A DNA stretch of 64,000 bases from an uncultured delta proteobacterium (GTDB taxonomy: Bacteria > Desulfobacterota > Desulfobacteria > Desulfobacterales > Desulfosalsimonadaceae). Position 1 is the first letter of the stretch; each line of letters opens with the position of its first letter. The position numbers and the translations under genes are program-made. A model generated the notes under the pieces. It saw only the letters and a program-made list of their open reading frames with translations, did no database searches and had not been told where the DNA came from. This document shows positions 1 to 10,868 of this stretch, piece by piece. The stretch is taken from assembly GCA_963826785.1 (NCBI GenBank), contig CAWGYD010000003.1:32001-96000 (forward strand), read 5' to 3'.

Positions 1-753
1 GAAGTGGGTGAAATCAAGGGAAAAGAAGGACTCTCCACCGTAGAGGAAGCGCTTTTTCTAATCCAGGGGCTAAACGCCCATGACATCTTTCCCGACTGGA
101 TCGCCCTGAACAACGGCACCACCCATGGGATCGAGGCCGCCGCCGAAGGCATCCAGGTGGAACTGACCGCCGCCATTCATGAGGCCGTCGCCCCCTACCG
201 GGTGTCCGGCGCCCAGCATGGCACTTCCGGCAACAGTTCCGATCGGTTGAAGCGGATCGCCCAGACCACCCGGACCACCAAGGCCAACGTGGCCACCGCC
301 CTGCAGATGATTTCCTGGGGACTCGAAGTCAACGACTACGGCAATGCCATGCTGGATGCCACCGGAAATTTCATCAAAGTCCGGGAAGCGGGCATGACAG
401 AAGCCATGTGGGAAAAAGTAAAGGCGTATGCGGATGCCAACGGATTGAAGAAAGGGGACTACAAAAAGCTTAACCTCCCCTTTGAAAACGCTTTTCTTGC
501 CCAGCCGGCCGCGATCCGGGAACGGATGAGCAAGCGGGTGGAGGATTTTATCTACAACATGCTGGTCAACGTCTTCAATTGCCGGGACACCGCCCCCATT
601 GCGCTTGAGACCATAGTCGAGACGGGCTCCTATGACCCCGGCCCCAAAGGGAGGCGCATCGAGGACCCCGCGCAATGGACCCCGGAGCAGATTGCCATAA
701 AGGCAGCGGGCATTCAAAGTGACAAGGGGCCGGCAGGGAATTTTGAAGATTGA
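1..753 (+). CDS. fba: class II fructose-bisphosphate aldolase family protein (5'-truncated by window edge)
   Basis: Class II aldolase motifs E-x-GEI, 'ALNNGTTHG', 'AQHGTSG', 'KANVATALQ'; the frame is open from the window start. Confidence 0.8.
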   Translation, partial: EVGEIKGKEGLSTVEEALFLIQGLNAHDIFPDWIALNNGTTHGIEAAAEGIQVELTAAIHEAVAPYRVSGAQHGTSGNSSDRLKRIAQTTRTTKANVATALQMISWGLEVNDYGNAMLDATGNFIKVREAGMTEAMWEKVKAYADANGLKKGDYKKLNLPFENAFLAQPAAIRERMSKRVEDFIYNMLVNVFNCRDTAPIALETIVETGSYDPGPKGRRIEDPAQWTPEQIAIKAAGIQSDKGPAGNFED

Positions 754-813
754 GGATGGCGCTGTACCTCTTTTTGAAGTTTTCTGACAGAATGCAAACG
801 AACCTGATCTGCC

Positions 814-1335
814 ATGCTTAAAAAAGTCCATTGCCATTACTGCGGCAATCGGTTATCGCATATTCAGGAGGACGGCAGATCCCGGCTCTATTGTGCTGCC
901 TGCGCGTCCATCCTCTATGAAAATCCGGTTCCGGCCACTGCCATGGTGACCATAGACCCGCAGGGCCGTCTGCTTCTGGTAAAGCGCAGTGTGGATCCCA
1001 AAATGGGCTTCTGGTGCCTTCCGGGCGGATTTATGGAAATCGGGGAAACGCCCGAAGGTGCGGGGTTGCGGGAACTGGAGGAAGAGACCGGCTTATCGGG
1101 CAAAATCGACATGCTGCTGGGGGTCACTGCAGATCCGAGTGAGCGGTATGGCACTGTCCTGATGACGGGATACCTGGTCCGGCAGTTTTGCGGCACCCTT
1201 CGTGCCGGCGACGACGCTGAGGCGGCGGAGTGGTTTTCCCATGACCGGCTGCCGGAAATCGCCTTTTACAGTCACCATCGGTTCATCAAACTCTATTTTT
1301 CGGCATATGCGGATTCCGACCCATCAGATTCATAA
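814..1335 (+). CDS. NUDIX hydrolase with N-terminal zinc ribbon (ADP-ribose pyrophosphatase-like)
   Basis: CxxC...CxxC N-terminus; Nudix box 'GGFMEIGETPEGAGLRELEEETG'. Confidence 0.9.
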   Translation: MLKKVHCHYCGNRLSHIQEDGRSRLYCAACASILYENPVPATAMVTIDPQGRLLLVKRSVDPKMGFWCLPGGFMEIGETPEGAGLRELEEETGLSGKIDMLLGVTADPSERYGTVLMTGYLVRQFCGTLRAGDDAEAAEWFSHDRLPEIAFYSHHRFIKLYFSAYADSDPSDS

Positions 1336-1690
1336 TGTTTTAAATGCCTATGCCCGGCGGTTGGCGCGGGAAGAAGGCGGCAACGCCGAAGAACGCGATC
1401 GGGCCCGGGCGCTGTTTTCAGACAAGCGCCGTTTCATTATCAATCAGATTATCGAAGATACCCTGCAAAATGTCATCAAAGCCCGAAACGCCCATCCGGA
1501 CGGCGCAAATGCGTCTGGAACGGAAAAAAATACGCACCCTGACGCCGAAAAGAGCCACTTGCTCTATTATCAGCGTATGACTTCCGACCACCAGAAAATC
1601 CGCTCCGTCCTTGAGATCACCGAACTCGACTTTCTGCCCGGTGATGAAGCGCAGCCCCCGCCGGTCGATGATTCCGAACCCGAAGAATAA
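1307..1690 (+). CDS. DVU0524-like (FlgM-associated) family protein
   Basis: ATG at 1307 gives 'MRIPTHQIHNVLNAYARRL', which resembles the deltaproteobacterial DVU0524 N-terminus; overlaps the NUDIX 3' end. Confidence 0.6.
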   Translation: MRIPTHQIHNVLNAYARRLAREEGGNAEERDRARALFSDKRRFIINQIIEDTLQNVIKARNAHPDGANASGTEKNTHPDAEKSHLLYYQRMTSDHQKIRSVLEITELDFLPGDEAQPPPVDDSEPEE

Positions 1691-1691
1691 T

Positions 1692-2471
1692 TTACCAGGT
1701 GGATCTTACCCGGACACCTTTTTGGGACAGGTAGGATTTGATATCCGAAATGGTGTAAGTTCCGTAATGGACCATGGAGGCGATCAAGGCGGCGTCTGCT
1801 TTTCCCTCTGTCAGCACATCGGATAGATGCTCGGGCCGGCCCGCCCCGCCAGAGGCGATCACCGGGATATCCACCTGACTGGAAATCAGGGCCGTCAGAT
1901 TCAGTTCGTATCCGTTGCGGGTCCCGTCCGCATCAATGGAATTCAGGCAAATTTCGCCCGCACCCAGCCTTTGGGCACGCTGCGCCCATTCTAGCGCATC
2001 GATGCCCATGAAGGTGCGGCCTCCGTTGATGACAATTTCATAACCCGATGGAATCCGGCTGCTTTTTACCACCTGCTTGACATCCATCCCCAATACGATG
2101 CACTGGCTGCCGAAGGCCTCCGCCCCTTTTGCAATGATCTCCGGGTTTTTAACCGCAGCTGAGTTGACGCTCACTTTTTCGGCACCGGCCAGCAGAACCG
2201 CGCGCATATCCTCCAGCGTCCGGATGCCGCCGCCCACGGAAAAAGGGATGAAGATGGTTTCGGCCACCCTCCGGACCACTTCGATCATGATATCGCGCTT
2301 TTCATGGGAGGCGGTGATATCATAAAACACGATTTCGTCGGCCCCCTGTTCATAGTACTGCCGGGCCATTTCCACGGGATCGCCGATATCGATGTTGTCC
2401 TTGAACTTGATCCCCTTGGTGGTCTTTCCTGCGCGAACGTCCAGGCAGACAATAATCCGTTTGCTCAGCAT
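1692..2471 (-). CDS. hisF: imidazole glycerol phosphate synthase cyclase subunit
   Basis: '[12 protein letters not shown]', '[10 protein letters not shown]', '[12 protein letters not shown]', '[10 protein letters not shown]'. Confidence 0.97.
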   Translation of the reverse strand: MLSKRIIVCLDVRAGKTTKGIKFKDNIDIGDPVEMARQYYEQGADEIVFYDITASHEKRDIMIEVVRRVAETIFIPFSVGGGIRTLEDMRAVLLAGAEKVSVNSAAVKNPEIIAKGAEAFGSQCIVLGMDVKQVVKSSRIPSGYEIVINGGRTFMGIDALEWAQRAQRLGAGEICLNSIDADGTRNGYELNLTALISSQVDIPVIASGGAGRPEHLSDVLTEGKADAALIASMVHYGTYTISDIKSYLSQKGVRVRSTW

Positions 2472-3095
2472 GGCTTCCACTCATTGAAATTCTTTAAAAT
2501 TCGAAGCCCCGGCGTACCGCTCTTCTCCGGGTGAAACTGGGTGGCGATGACATTGTCCCGGCCGATGACCGAAGCAAAGTCGATGCCGTAATCGGTGGTG
2601 GCGATCACATTCGACTGTTGTCGGGGGACCGGGTAATAACTGTGCACAAAATAAAAGGTGTCTTCGGGCGAAATCCCCGCTAAAACGGGGTGGCTTGCCC
2701 GAAGGTTTAAGCCGGTTCCATCCCATGTGCGGTATTTTAAGCCCCCATATTTCCTCGGCATCAAAAGCGCTGCGAAATGAATTGACCGATCCTTCGATCA
2801 CCCCCAGGCAGGAGGTGAGGTTTTCCTCACTGTAGCCCAGAATAATCTGGGTGCCCAGGCAGATGCCCATAACGGGTTTCCGGCTGCTGACGGCTTCGGC
2901 AAGGGCGCGGTCAAGACCCAGGCGCCGCAGACTGGCCATTGCCGACCCGGCGGCCCCCACCCCCGGAAAGATGACCCTTTCCGCCTCCCGGATTTTTTCC
3001 GGGTCATTGGTAATCATATTATCGATGCCGATATACCGCAGCGCGCGGGACACGCTGGTCAGGTTGCCGGCTTCATAATCGATTATGGCAATCAT
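2465..3095 (-). CDS. hisH: imidazole glycerol phosphate synthase glutaminase subunit, apparent 1-nt frameshift at ~2714
   Basis: N-part '[25 protein letters not shown]' (ORF 2481..3104) and C-part '[15 protein letters not shown]' (ORF 2465..2764) are in different frames. Confidence 0.92.
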
Positions 3096-3171
3096 TTTTC
3101 CCACTCTATATATTAAGGACGGCTGATGAAAAAAAGCTACTCAGAACACAGGCGGCACCAAAAGTCAATTG

Positions 3172-3726
3172 TCATCTGACGGGCCCTTCCCTGGCCGCAT
3201 CGGAAGATTCGACCTTCTCGTTTAAGCTTTGCAGCTGTTTGAAAAGCCGGTCCCGGGTGCCGGCCGGCACTACCCGGATGATGGTTTTGGAGAGGGCGTA
3301 AACCGGAGGTCCCAGCTTCGATTGAGCGACCATCTGCCCGCCGCCCCGGGGGGCGAATGTCACCAGCAGAAGATACCCGAAAGAAACAATGAGCACCCCC
3401 TTGACCGCACCGAAAAGCGCCCCCAGCACCCGATCCACCAGGCCAAGGAGTGCCAGATTCATCAAATACCGGATAAGGACCCCTGCCAGGGTGATCACCA
3501 GAAACGTCAAGCAGAACAGAAGGATAAAGCTGACGATATTGACATATGCCCCATCTGCGCCATACCTTGAAAACAAATCCCCCACGGGCTGATAAAAAAA
3601 ATAGCCGCAATAGAACCCCGCCAGCAGCCCCGCAATGGCCGTCACTTCCCTGATCAGTCCCCGAAATATGCCCAGAATCGCCATAAATCCGATAATGATG
3701 ACAACAGCCATATCAAAAGGGTTCAT
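3172..3726 (-). CDS. cvpA: CvpA family (colicin V production) membrane protein
   Basis: 'MNPFD...GIFRGLIRE' and 'DRVLGALFGAVKG'; about 4 TM segments. Confidence 0.9.
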   Translation of the reverse strand: MNPFDMAVVIIIGFMAILGIFRGLIREVTAIAGLLAGFYCGYFFYQPVGDLFSRYGADGAYVNIVSFILLFCLTFLVITLAGVLIRYLMNLALLGLVDRVLGALFGAVKGVLIVSFGYLLLVTFAPRGGGQMVAQSKLGPPVYALSKTIIRVVPAGTRDRLFKQLQSLNEKVESSDAAREGPVR

Positions 3727-4004
3727 CTATCAATATCCATCATCGAGTAATTGATGCAACGCAGCTGCATTTGGGACGGCCATCTTCATCTAAAATTCAA
3801 ACCACCGGAAACATTGCTGAATCGTTAAACATGCATCGCTGAAAATGCAGGGTTTTTCCATTCGGCGCACGCAGCAGCATCGAAAGAATAACAAAATGTA
3901 TCAAATGGTTAAATTACATACCCCCCTTTCCGGCGTCAAGAAAATTCTTGTTTTTCCGCTGCATCACATTATAAAGGGTGTGTTGAGGGGAAAACCGTCT
4001 CATT

Positions 4005-4032
4005 TTGACATCCGACAGTTTTGCCATATATT
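4005..4032 (+). promoter_or_regulatory. putative sigma70 promoter of the phoH operon
   Basis: TTGACA (4005-4010), 16 nt spacer, TATATT (4027-4032). Confidence 0.5.
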
Positions 4033-4121
4033 AATGGATATTTAGTGCTGTGCGCGGTTGTGGATTTAACATCTGCGGTTTCCGTTCAGACACATTTTAA
4101 ATTACGGCCGAAAATTAAAAA

Positions 4122-5105
4122 ATGAATGCTTACCAGGAACACGCCCGTACCGAATTGACATTTTCGGACCTGGCACTTGCCCGGACCCTGTTCGGAGAAC
4201 ACAATAAAAATCTGAAATATATTGCCGAGGTGTCGTCGGCGACCATTTCCGCCCGGGGGAATTCCGTTTTTATCGAAGGGGACACGGTTTCTTCGGAACT
4301 GGCCGCAAACATACTCAACCAGTTGTATGGATTGCTCAAGGAAAGCTATCCCGTGTTTGCGCGCGACGTCGAGTTTGCGGCCAACGTGCTGAGAAAAGAT
4401 CATTCGGCCAACCTGAAGGATCTATTTCTGGATGCGGTGTACGTCACTTCCAAAAAGAGAACCATCACCCCCAAGAGCCCGGTTCAAAAAGAATATATTG
4501 ATGCCATTCGCAACTATGATATTGTCTTCGGCATCGGCCCGGCCGGAACGGGAAAAACCTATCTGGCCATGGCCATGGCCGTTGCCGCACTGGCCCGGAA
4601 GCAGGTCAGCCGAATTGTCCTGACCCGCCCCGCGGTGGAAGCGGGAGAAGCCCTCGGGTTTCTGCCCGGGGACCTGGCGGAGAAAGTCAATCCTTACCTG
4701 AGACCGCTCTATGATGCACTGCACGACATGATGACATTCGAAAAGGCCGCCGGCATGCTGCAGCAGGACGTCATCGAAGTGGCGCCGCTGGCGTTCATGC
4801 GGGGCCGGACCCTAAACGATGCCTTTATCATACTGGATGAAGCACAGAACTCCACTTCCGAGCAGATGAAGATGTTTCTGACCCGCATCGGATTTAATTC
4901 CAAAGCGGTCATCACCGGCGATATTACCCAGAGCGACCTTCCCCGGCACCGGCCCTCCGGTCTGGTGGAAGCAAACGAGGTCTTAAAGAACATCGAGGAT
5001 ATCCGTTTCGTTCGTTTTACCAAATTCGATGTGGTCCGACACCGGCTGGTTCAGAAAATCATCGATGCCTATGAAAGAAAAGAAGCGGAACAAACCGCCC
5101 TGTGA
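4122..5105 (+). CDS. phoH: PhoH/YbeZ family ATPase
   Basis: Walker A 'GPAGTGKT', 'LTRPAVEAGE', 'APLAFMRGRTL', 'DEAQN'. Confidence 0.96.
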   Translation: MNAYQEHARTELTFSDLALARTLFGEHNKNLKYIAEVSSATISARGNSVFIEGDTVSSELAANILNQLYGLLKESYPVFARDVEFAANVLRKDHSANLKDLFLDAVYVTSKKRTITPKSPVQKEYIDAIRNYDIVFGIGPAGTGKTYLAMAMAVAALARKQVSRIVLTRPAVEAGEALGFLPGDLAEKVNPYLRPLYDALHDMMTFEKAAGMLQQDVIEVAPLAFMRGRTLNDAFIILDEAQNSTSEQMKMFLTRIGFNSKAVITGDITQSDLPRHRPSGLVEANEVLKNIEDIRFVRFTKFDVVRHRLVQKIIDAYERKEAEQTAL

Positions 5106-5176
5106 GGCCGGCGTCATGAATTTTCTCAAACGGGTTTAACCCAAACTGATTCCCCAATCTCCATTCGTTATTTTCT

Positions 5177-7537
5177 ATGGTCAATAAACTCAGCGATATT
5201 TCGATTAAAAAGCCATTTGACAACTGGTCTTTATATGCCATTCTCCTTTCCGTGACCATCCTGTCCACCCTGATTCTGTACCCGAAGCTGATCATCGTGC
5301 ACACCCCTTATCAGATCGGGGACATCGCGGACAAGGATATCAAAGCCACCACGGACCTTCTCATCGAGGACAAAACCGCCACCGGCGAGCGTATTCAGCA
5401 GGCCCGGGACGAGGTGCTGACCGTCTATGACTATGACCGCGCCATGCTGCCCAACATGGTCCGCCAGGTCAACCAGTCATTCGGGCTGGCCCGAACGGCC
5501 CTGGAAAGCGCCAAGCCCGATGTCAGCGCGAAAGATTCAGAAAAAAACAGCAAACTCTGGCAGTTCAAACCCGAATTTGAGAAAAAGCTGGGCATCTCCG
5601 TAAGCAACGGCGCCTTTCGCATCCTTGAAACCGAAAAATTTTCCAAGCAGATATCTGAACTGATCATCAACATCGTTTCCCCCATCCTGGGCAACGGGGT
5701 CGTGGCCAACAAGGAACTGGTGCTCAAGGAAAACGAAAAAGGGATCATTCTGAGGACCGTGGGGTCAGACGATGAAAAGCTCGAGACCAACCTCAAGCAT
5801 TTTTATGGCCTGGATCAGGCCAAGACCATGGTGCGAATCGTGGGGGAACCGAAGCTCAAAGGGATCGATTACACGGTGGTGAACCTGATCGTCGACTTTA
5901 CCCAGCGCCTGCTCCAGCCCAATGTCACCTTAAACCGCAGTGAAACGGAAAACCGGAAGACGCTGGCTGCCGCCGATATCAAACCGATCCTCTACCAGAT
6001 CAAAAAGGGGGAGATGATTCTCAGGGAGGGCGAGCGGGTCACCCCGCTGCACATGCTGAAATTAAAAGCCCTGCGCAACCAGACCGGCACGAAGCAGGTT
6101 CTGGAAAAAGGAATCGGCACCGCCTTTATCATCCTCTCCCTGCTGGTCATTACCTACCTGATTCACTTGAAGTATCAGAACAAAATTCTGCTCTACCAGA
6201 ACAAAAATCTGATTTTCATCGGCAGTCTGGTCATTTTGTCCCTGCTCATTCTGCAGCTCTGGCTCTCCCTGGCCCAGTCCCTGGCTCCCCAGGCGCCCAT
6301 TTTCATTCCTCCGGAATCCATCTACTACAGCATCCCCCTGGCCGCAGGCGCCATGACGATCTGCCAGTTTCTGGGATTTTCCATTGCGTTTCCCTTCTCC
6401 ATCGTCATTGCCCTGATTACCGCCATCGCCTTTGAAAACAGCTACGGGTGGTGCCTCTTTTTCCTTCTCAACGGGATCATGGGGGCATACTGGATCCAAA
6501 ACTGCAGGGAGCGCAAGGCCTTCATCAAGGCGGGGGTGCGCCTGGGCCTGCTGAATATGGCCCTGGCGACCATGGTCGACGTCTACACGGTGGATTTCGC
6601 GGGGTTTAAAATTCTGTGGGACTGGGTTTTTGCCTTCTCGGGAGGGGTCCTTGCAGGCATCCTGACGGGGGGCATCACCCCTATGATGGAGATGTCTTTT
6701 GGATTCACCACCGACAGCACCCTGCTGGAACTGTCCAACCTGGATCAGCCCGTGCTGCGCCGGCTCATGCTGGAAGCGCCGGGCACCTACCACCATGCCA
6801 TGATCGTCGGGTCCATGGTGGAGGCGGCCGCATCCGAAATCGGCGCCAACTCTTTGCTGGGAAAAGTCTGCGGATATTACCACGACATCGGAAAGCTCAA
6901 AAACCCTCTGTATTTCATCGAAAATCAAAAAGACGGCAAGAACATCCACAATAAACTGGCCCCATCCATGTCCTGCCTGATTTTGACATCGCACATCAAA
7001 AACGGGGTCGAACTGGCCCGGGAAAAGAAGCTGGGGCAGGAGATCATGGATGCCATTCAGCAGCATCACGGCACCACCCTGATCAGTTTCTTCTATGAAA
7101 AAGCCAAAAAGCTGAAGAAGGATCAGACCGTCAACGTCGACAACTTCCGGTATCCCGGCCCCAAACCCCAGACCCGGGAAACCGCCCTGGTCATGCTCGC
7201 CGACGTGGTGGAAGCCGCCTCCAGGTCTTTGGAAAACCCGACCCCATCGCGCATCCAGGGGCTGGTGCAGCAGCTGATCAACAAGCTGTTTTCCGACAAC
7301 CAACTGGATGAATGCCCCCTGACCCTGAAGGACCTTCACAAGATCGCGAGAAGCTTCAACAAGATATTGAACGGCATTTATCATCACCGGATCGAATACC
7401 CGGATAAATACGCACCGGGGGAACAGAAAGAAATAAATGGCCATACTGATCGACAACCAGCAGAAATCCCATCGGACAGCACCGTCTCAGATACGGAAGA
7501 CGGCCCAAGCACTCTTAAACGCCTTGGACAGTCCTGA
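5177..7537 (+). CDS. 7TM-HD (HDIG) phosphohydrolase, PgpH-like cyclic-dinucleotide phosphodiesterase family
   Basis: Extracellular domain plus 7 TM region plus 'APGTYHH', 'YYHDIGK', 'QHHGT', 'MLADVVEA'; usual position between phoH and ybeY. Confidence 0.9.
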   Translation: MVNKLSDISIKKPFDNWSLYAILLSVTILSTLILYPKLIIVHTPYQIGDIADKDIKATTDLLIEDKTATGERIQQARDEVLTVYDYDRAMLPNMVRQVNQSFGLARTALESAKPDVSAKDSEKNSKLWQFKPEFEKKLGISVSNGAFRILETEKFSKQISELIINIVSPILGNGVVANKELVLKENEKGIILRTVGSDDEKLETNLKHFYGLDQAKTMVRIVGEPKLKGIDYTVVNLIVDFTQRLLQPNVTLNRSETENRKTLAAADIKPILYQIKKGEMILREGERVTPLHMLKLKALRNQTGTKQVLEKGIGTAFIILSLLVITYLIHLKYQNKILLYQNKNLIFIGSLVILSLLILQLWLSLAQSLAPQAPIFIPPESIYYSIPLAAGAMTICQFLGFSIAFPFSIVIALITAIAFENSYGWCLFFLLNGIMGAYWIQNCRERKAFIKAGVRLGLLNMALATMVDVYTVDFAGFKILWDWVFAFSGGVLAGILTGGITPMMEMSFGFTTDSTLLELSNLDQPVLRRLMLEAPGTYHHAMIVGSMVEAAASEIGANSLLGKVCGYYHDIGKLKNPLYFIENQKDGKNIHNKLAPSMSCLILTSHIKNGVELAREKKLGQEIMDAIQQHHGTTLISFFYEKAKKLKKDQTVNVDNFRYPGPKPQTRETALVMLADVVEAASRSLENPTPSRIQGLVQQLINKLFSDNQLDECPLTLKDLHKIARSFNKILNGIYHHRIEYPDKYAPGEQKEINGHTDRQPAEIPSDSTVSDTEDGPSTLKRLGQS

Positions 7538-7892
7538 TGCCGAACTCTCTATCGTGATCACCGATGATGCGGGCATCAGGGAATTAAATGGGCAGTACCG
7601 GAACCGGCCGGAGCCCACCAACGTACTGGCCTTTCCCATGCAGGAAGGCGAATTTTCCGGCATCCATCCGGACATTCTGGGCGACGTGGTGATCTCCATG
7701 GAAACGGCGGCCAGGGAGGCATCAGATTTGGGAACCACCGTTGAGGCACGCTTCAAATTTCTGCTGATCCATGGGATTCTGCACCTTTTCGGGTATGACC
7801 ACGAAGCCGGTATTGATCAGGAACGGCAGATGGAAGAAAAGAGCGAGGCTTTGTTTGCAATGATCGAAAACCTGAAAATCAAGGTGGCATGA
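7437..7892 (+). CDS. ybeY: rRNA maturation endoribonuclease
   Basis: 'PTNVLAFP', 'LGDVVIS', 'HGILHLFGYDH'. Confidence 0.96.
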   Translation: MAILIDNQQKSHRTAPSQIRKTAQALLNALDSPDAELSIVITDDAGIRELNGQYRNRPEPTNVLAFPMQEGEFSGIHPDILGDVVISMETAAREASDLGTTVEARFKFLLIHGILHLFGYDHEAGIDQERQMEEKSEALFAMIENLKIKVA

Positions 7893-8611
7893 TGGCCCGA
7901 CTGGCAGTCAATGTGGATCATATCGCGACCCTCCGGCAGGCCCGGGGGACGCAATACCCCGACCCGGTGGCCGCGGCCGTGCTGGCGGAGCTGGCAGGTG
8001 CGGACGGCATTGTCGTTCATTTAAGAGAGGACCGGCGCCACATACAGGACCGGGACGTATACCTCCTTAGAAAAACCGTGACCACGAAGCTGATCCTCGA
8101 AATGGCGGCCACGGAAAAGATGATCGGCATTGCCAAAGAGGTCCGCCCGGACCTGGTGACCCTGGTGCCGGAAAAGCGGGAGGAGCTGACCACGGAAGGG
8201 GGACTGGATGTCATCACCCACCACCGGAACGTGGCATCGGCCATCGAGGCGCTGCACGGCGCTTCTATTCCGGTGAGCCTGTTTTTGGACCCGGAAGCGG
8301 AGATGATCAAAACGGCGGGCAAAATCAATGCCGATATGATCGAAATTCACACCGGCACATACTGCGACGCCATAGACCTTCGGGAGCGGGATGCGGCCTT
8401 TGCCGACATTATCGCCGCGGCCAAGACCGCACATTCGCTCAACCTGGGGGTCAATGCCGGCCACGGGCTCGACTACCAGAGCATCAAACGATTTGCGGGA
8501 CTTACTGAAATTGACGAATTCAGCATCGGCCACAGCATCATCTCCCGTGCCGCCCTGGTGGGAATGGACGCCGCCGTCCGGGAAATGGCCCGGCTGATCC
8601 GGGAGCTGTAA
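7889..8611 (+). CDS. pdxJ: pyridoxine 5'-phosphate synthase
   Basis: 'VNVDHIATLRQAR', 'HLREDRRHI', 'NAGHGLDY'. Confidence 0.97.
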   Translation: MMARLAVNVDHIATLRQARGTQYPDPVAAAVLAELAGADGIVVHLREDRRHIQDRDVYLLRKTVTTKLILEMAATEKMIGIAKEVRPDLVTLVPEKREELTTEGGLDVITHHRNVASAIEALHGASIPVSLFLDPEAEMIKTAGKINADMIEIHTGTYCDAIDLRERDAAFADIIAAAKTAHSLNLGVNAGHGLDYQSIKRFAGLTEIDEFSIGHSIISRAALVGMDAAVREMARLIREL

Positions 8612-8655
8612 ACCCCGAAGGGTTTTTTAGCAAAAGCGATCATTACGGTTTTCAA

Positions 8656-10301
8656 ATGTATCTTTTGACTGCAGATGAAATGCGAAAGATGGACCGCAGC
8701 ACCATTGAAATTTCGGTCTGCCGGGCCGGGTGCTGATGGAAAACGCCGGCCGGGGCGCAGCCCGGGTGCTGATGGAAGCCTGGCCCAAACTTTCGGCAAA
8801 GCCGGTGGGCATCGCCGCGGGACGGGGAAACAACGGCGGGGACGGGTTTGTCATTGCCCGGTGCCTGGCCCGGCACGGCATCGTGCCCACGGTCTATCTG
8901 CTGACGGAAAGCAGCCGTCTGTCCGGGGATGCGGCTGCCAATTTTGCCCTTCTTTCCCCCATGGGTATTGCCGTCCGGGAAATCCCCGGCCCGTCCGCAT
9001 TTGAACAGTACAAAACGGAAATGGCCCACCAGTCCCTGTGGGTGGATGCCATTCTCGGCACGGGTCTCAATTCCGAAGTCAGGGGGTACTATCAAGCCGT
9101 CATCGACTTTATTAATCATTTGAAAACGCCCGTCCTGGCCGTAGACATCGCATCGGGCCTGCATACGGATACGGGCCGGCCCTGCGGCGCCTGCATCCGG
9201 GCGGACGTCACCGTCACCTTCGCGTTCCCCAAGCTGGGGCATGTGCTGTTGCCGGGGCCGGATTACACCGGTGCCCTGCACGTGATCGACATCGGCATTC
9301 CGGATCACATGGCATCTGCAACAGACCCCCGGCAGCATCTGATCATGGCCGATGCGGTCCGCGGGCTTATGAAACCCCGGCCTGAAGATATCCACAAGGG
9401 CCAGACCGGCCATTTGCTGGTGCTGGCGGGCGCTCCCGGCAAATCCGGGGCCGCGGTCATGAGTGCGTCCGCCGCCCTGCGGACCGGGGCAGGACTGGTG
9501 ACCCTCGGGGTCCCGGAGCGCATTTTTTCGACAGTGGAAGAAAAGACGGTCGAAATCATGACCCATCCCCTGCCCTGCACCGCATCCGGATACCTGGATG
9601 ATCGGGGCGGCAATGAAATCACCGGCCTGCTGTCGGATAAAAAATGTCTGGCCATCGGCCCCGGCATCGGCACAGCCCCGGAAACCCGGGAACTGGTGCG
9701 CGAACTGGTCCGAACCAGCCCCGTGCCGGTGGTGGTGGATGCAGACGGCCTAAACAACCTGGCCGATGATCCGGCCATTCTCAAAGACTGTAAATCCAAA
9801 ATCGTTCTGACCCCGCATCCCGGAGAAATGGCCCGGCTCATCGGCGCGACGCCGGCGGCGGTCCAGGAGGACCGCATCGGATGCGCCCGCCGGTTCGCCC
9901 GGACCTACAATGTCCATCTTGTATTGAAGGGGGCCCGAACCGTGATCGCCACGCCGGACGGGCACGTGTATGTCAACCTGACCGGAAACCCCGGCATGGC
10001 CTCTGCCGGCATGGGGGATGTGCTCACGGGCATGGTGGCAGGGCTTATCTGCCAGGGATATTCGCCGGCCGTTGCCGCGACCCTGGCGGTTTTCATTCAC
10101 GGCGCGGCCGCAGACCGGGTGGGCGTTAACCAGCCGGTGGGATACATCGCCTCGGACGTGATCGCCGCCATTGCCGGCGCAATCGCCGATCTGCATTCGA
10201 GAAAAGCCGCTTCTGCATCCCCGGGGGTCCAGATTCCCGACTCGTCACGTCCTTTGATTGACCATGGTCTCTTTTGCCATCCGATCCCAGTCGCCCGATG
10301 A
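8656..10301 (+). CDS. nnr: bifunctional NAD(P)H-hydrate epimerase/dehydratase (YjeF), apparent 1-nt deletion at ~8710
   Basis: True N-terminus 'MYLLTADEMRKMDRSTIE' starts at ATG 8656 in a different frame from 'GLPGRVLMENAG..GNNGGDG..TPHPGEM..GMGDVLTG'. Confidence 0.92.
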
Positions 10302-10746
10302 CACCCGAAAGATCGGGGAATGTGTCGGCCGTTTCATCAGCGCCAAAACCGTTATCGTCTTAAACGGCGACCTCGGGTGCGGCAAAACCGTGTTTGTGGC
10401 CGGTCTGGCAAAAGGGCTGGATGTTCCCGGAACCTACTATATCACCAGCCCCACCTATGCCATCATCAACGAGTATCCGGGCCGGCTGCCGCTTTTTCAC
10501 ATTGACCTTTACCGGATAGCGGATGCCGATGAACTCGATGACATCGGGTTTGAGGAAATCCAGGGTCGAATCGGGGTCATGGCCATCGAATGGGCCGAAC
10601 GGATATCTTCTGATGAACTCCGCCCCGATCTGTCTGTTCAATTGACCATGGATGGTGAAAATTCCCGTAGACTGCACTTTTTTTTCTATGGACGTCGATA
10701 TGCAAATCTGGTAGATCAGCTCAAAATCAATTTCGAAGCGGCATAG
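10264..10746 (+). CDS. tsaE: tRNA threonylcarbamoyladenosine biosynthesis ATPase
   Basis: 'GDLGCGKT', 'TSPTY', 'HIDLYR', 'IEWAER'. Confidence 0.95.
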   Translation: MVSFAIRSQSPDDTRKIGECVGRFISAKTVIVLNGDLGCGKTVFVAGLAKGLDVPGTYYITSPTYAIINEYPGRLPLFHIDLYRIADADELDDIGFEEIQGRIGVMAIEWAERISSDELRPDLSVQLTMDGENSRRLHFFFYGRRYANLVDQLKINFEAA

Positions 10747-10868
10747 GGCCGGCCGGACCGGGCCGGAATCCGGACTTTCCGGGCCTGCTGCCGGGTACCG
10801 TATCCCGCACGGATCCCGACCCGGGCAGGATTTACAAATTCATTCCCTTTTGTTCATAAGAGGCAAAT

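Noticed and set aside
10747..10868. Lysine riboswitch upstream of lysC
   Set aside because: The spacer is only about 120 nt and lacks recognisable L-box motifs.
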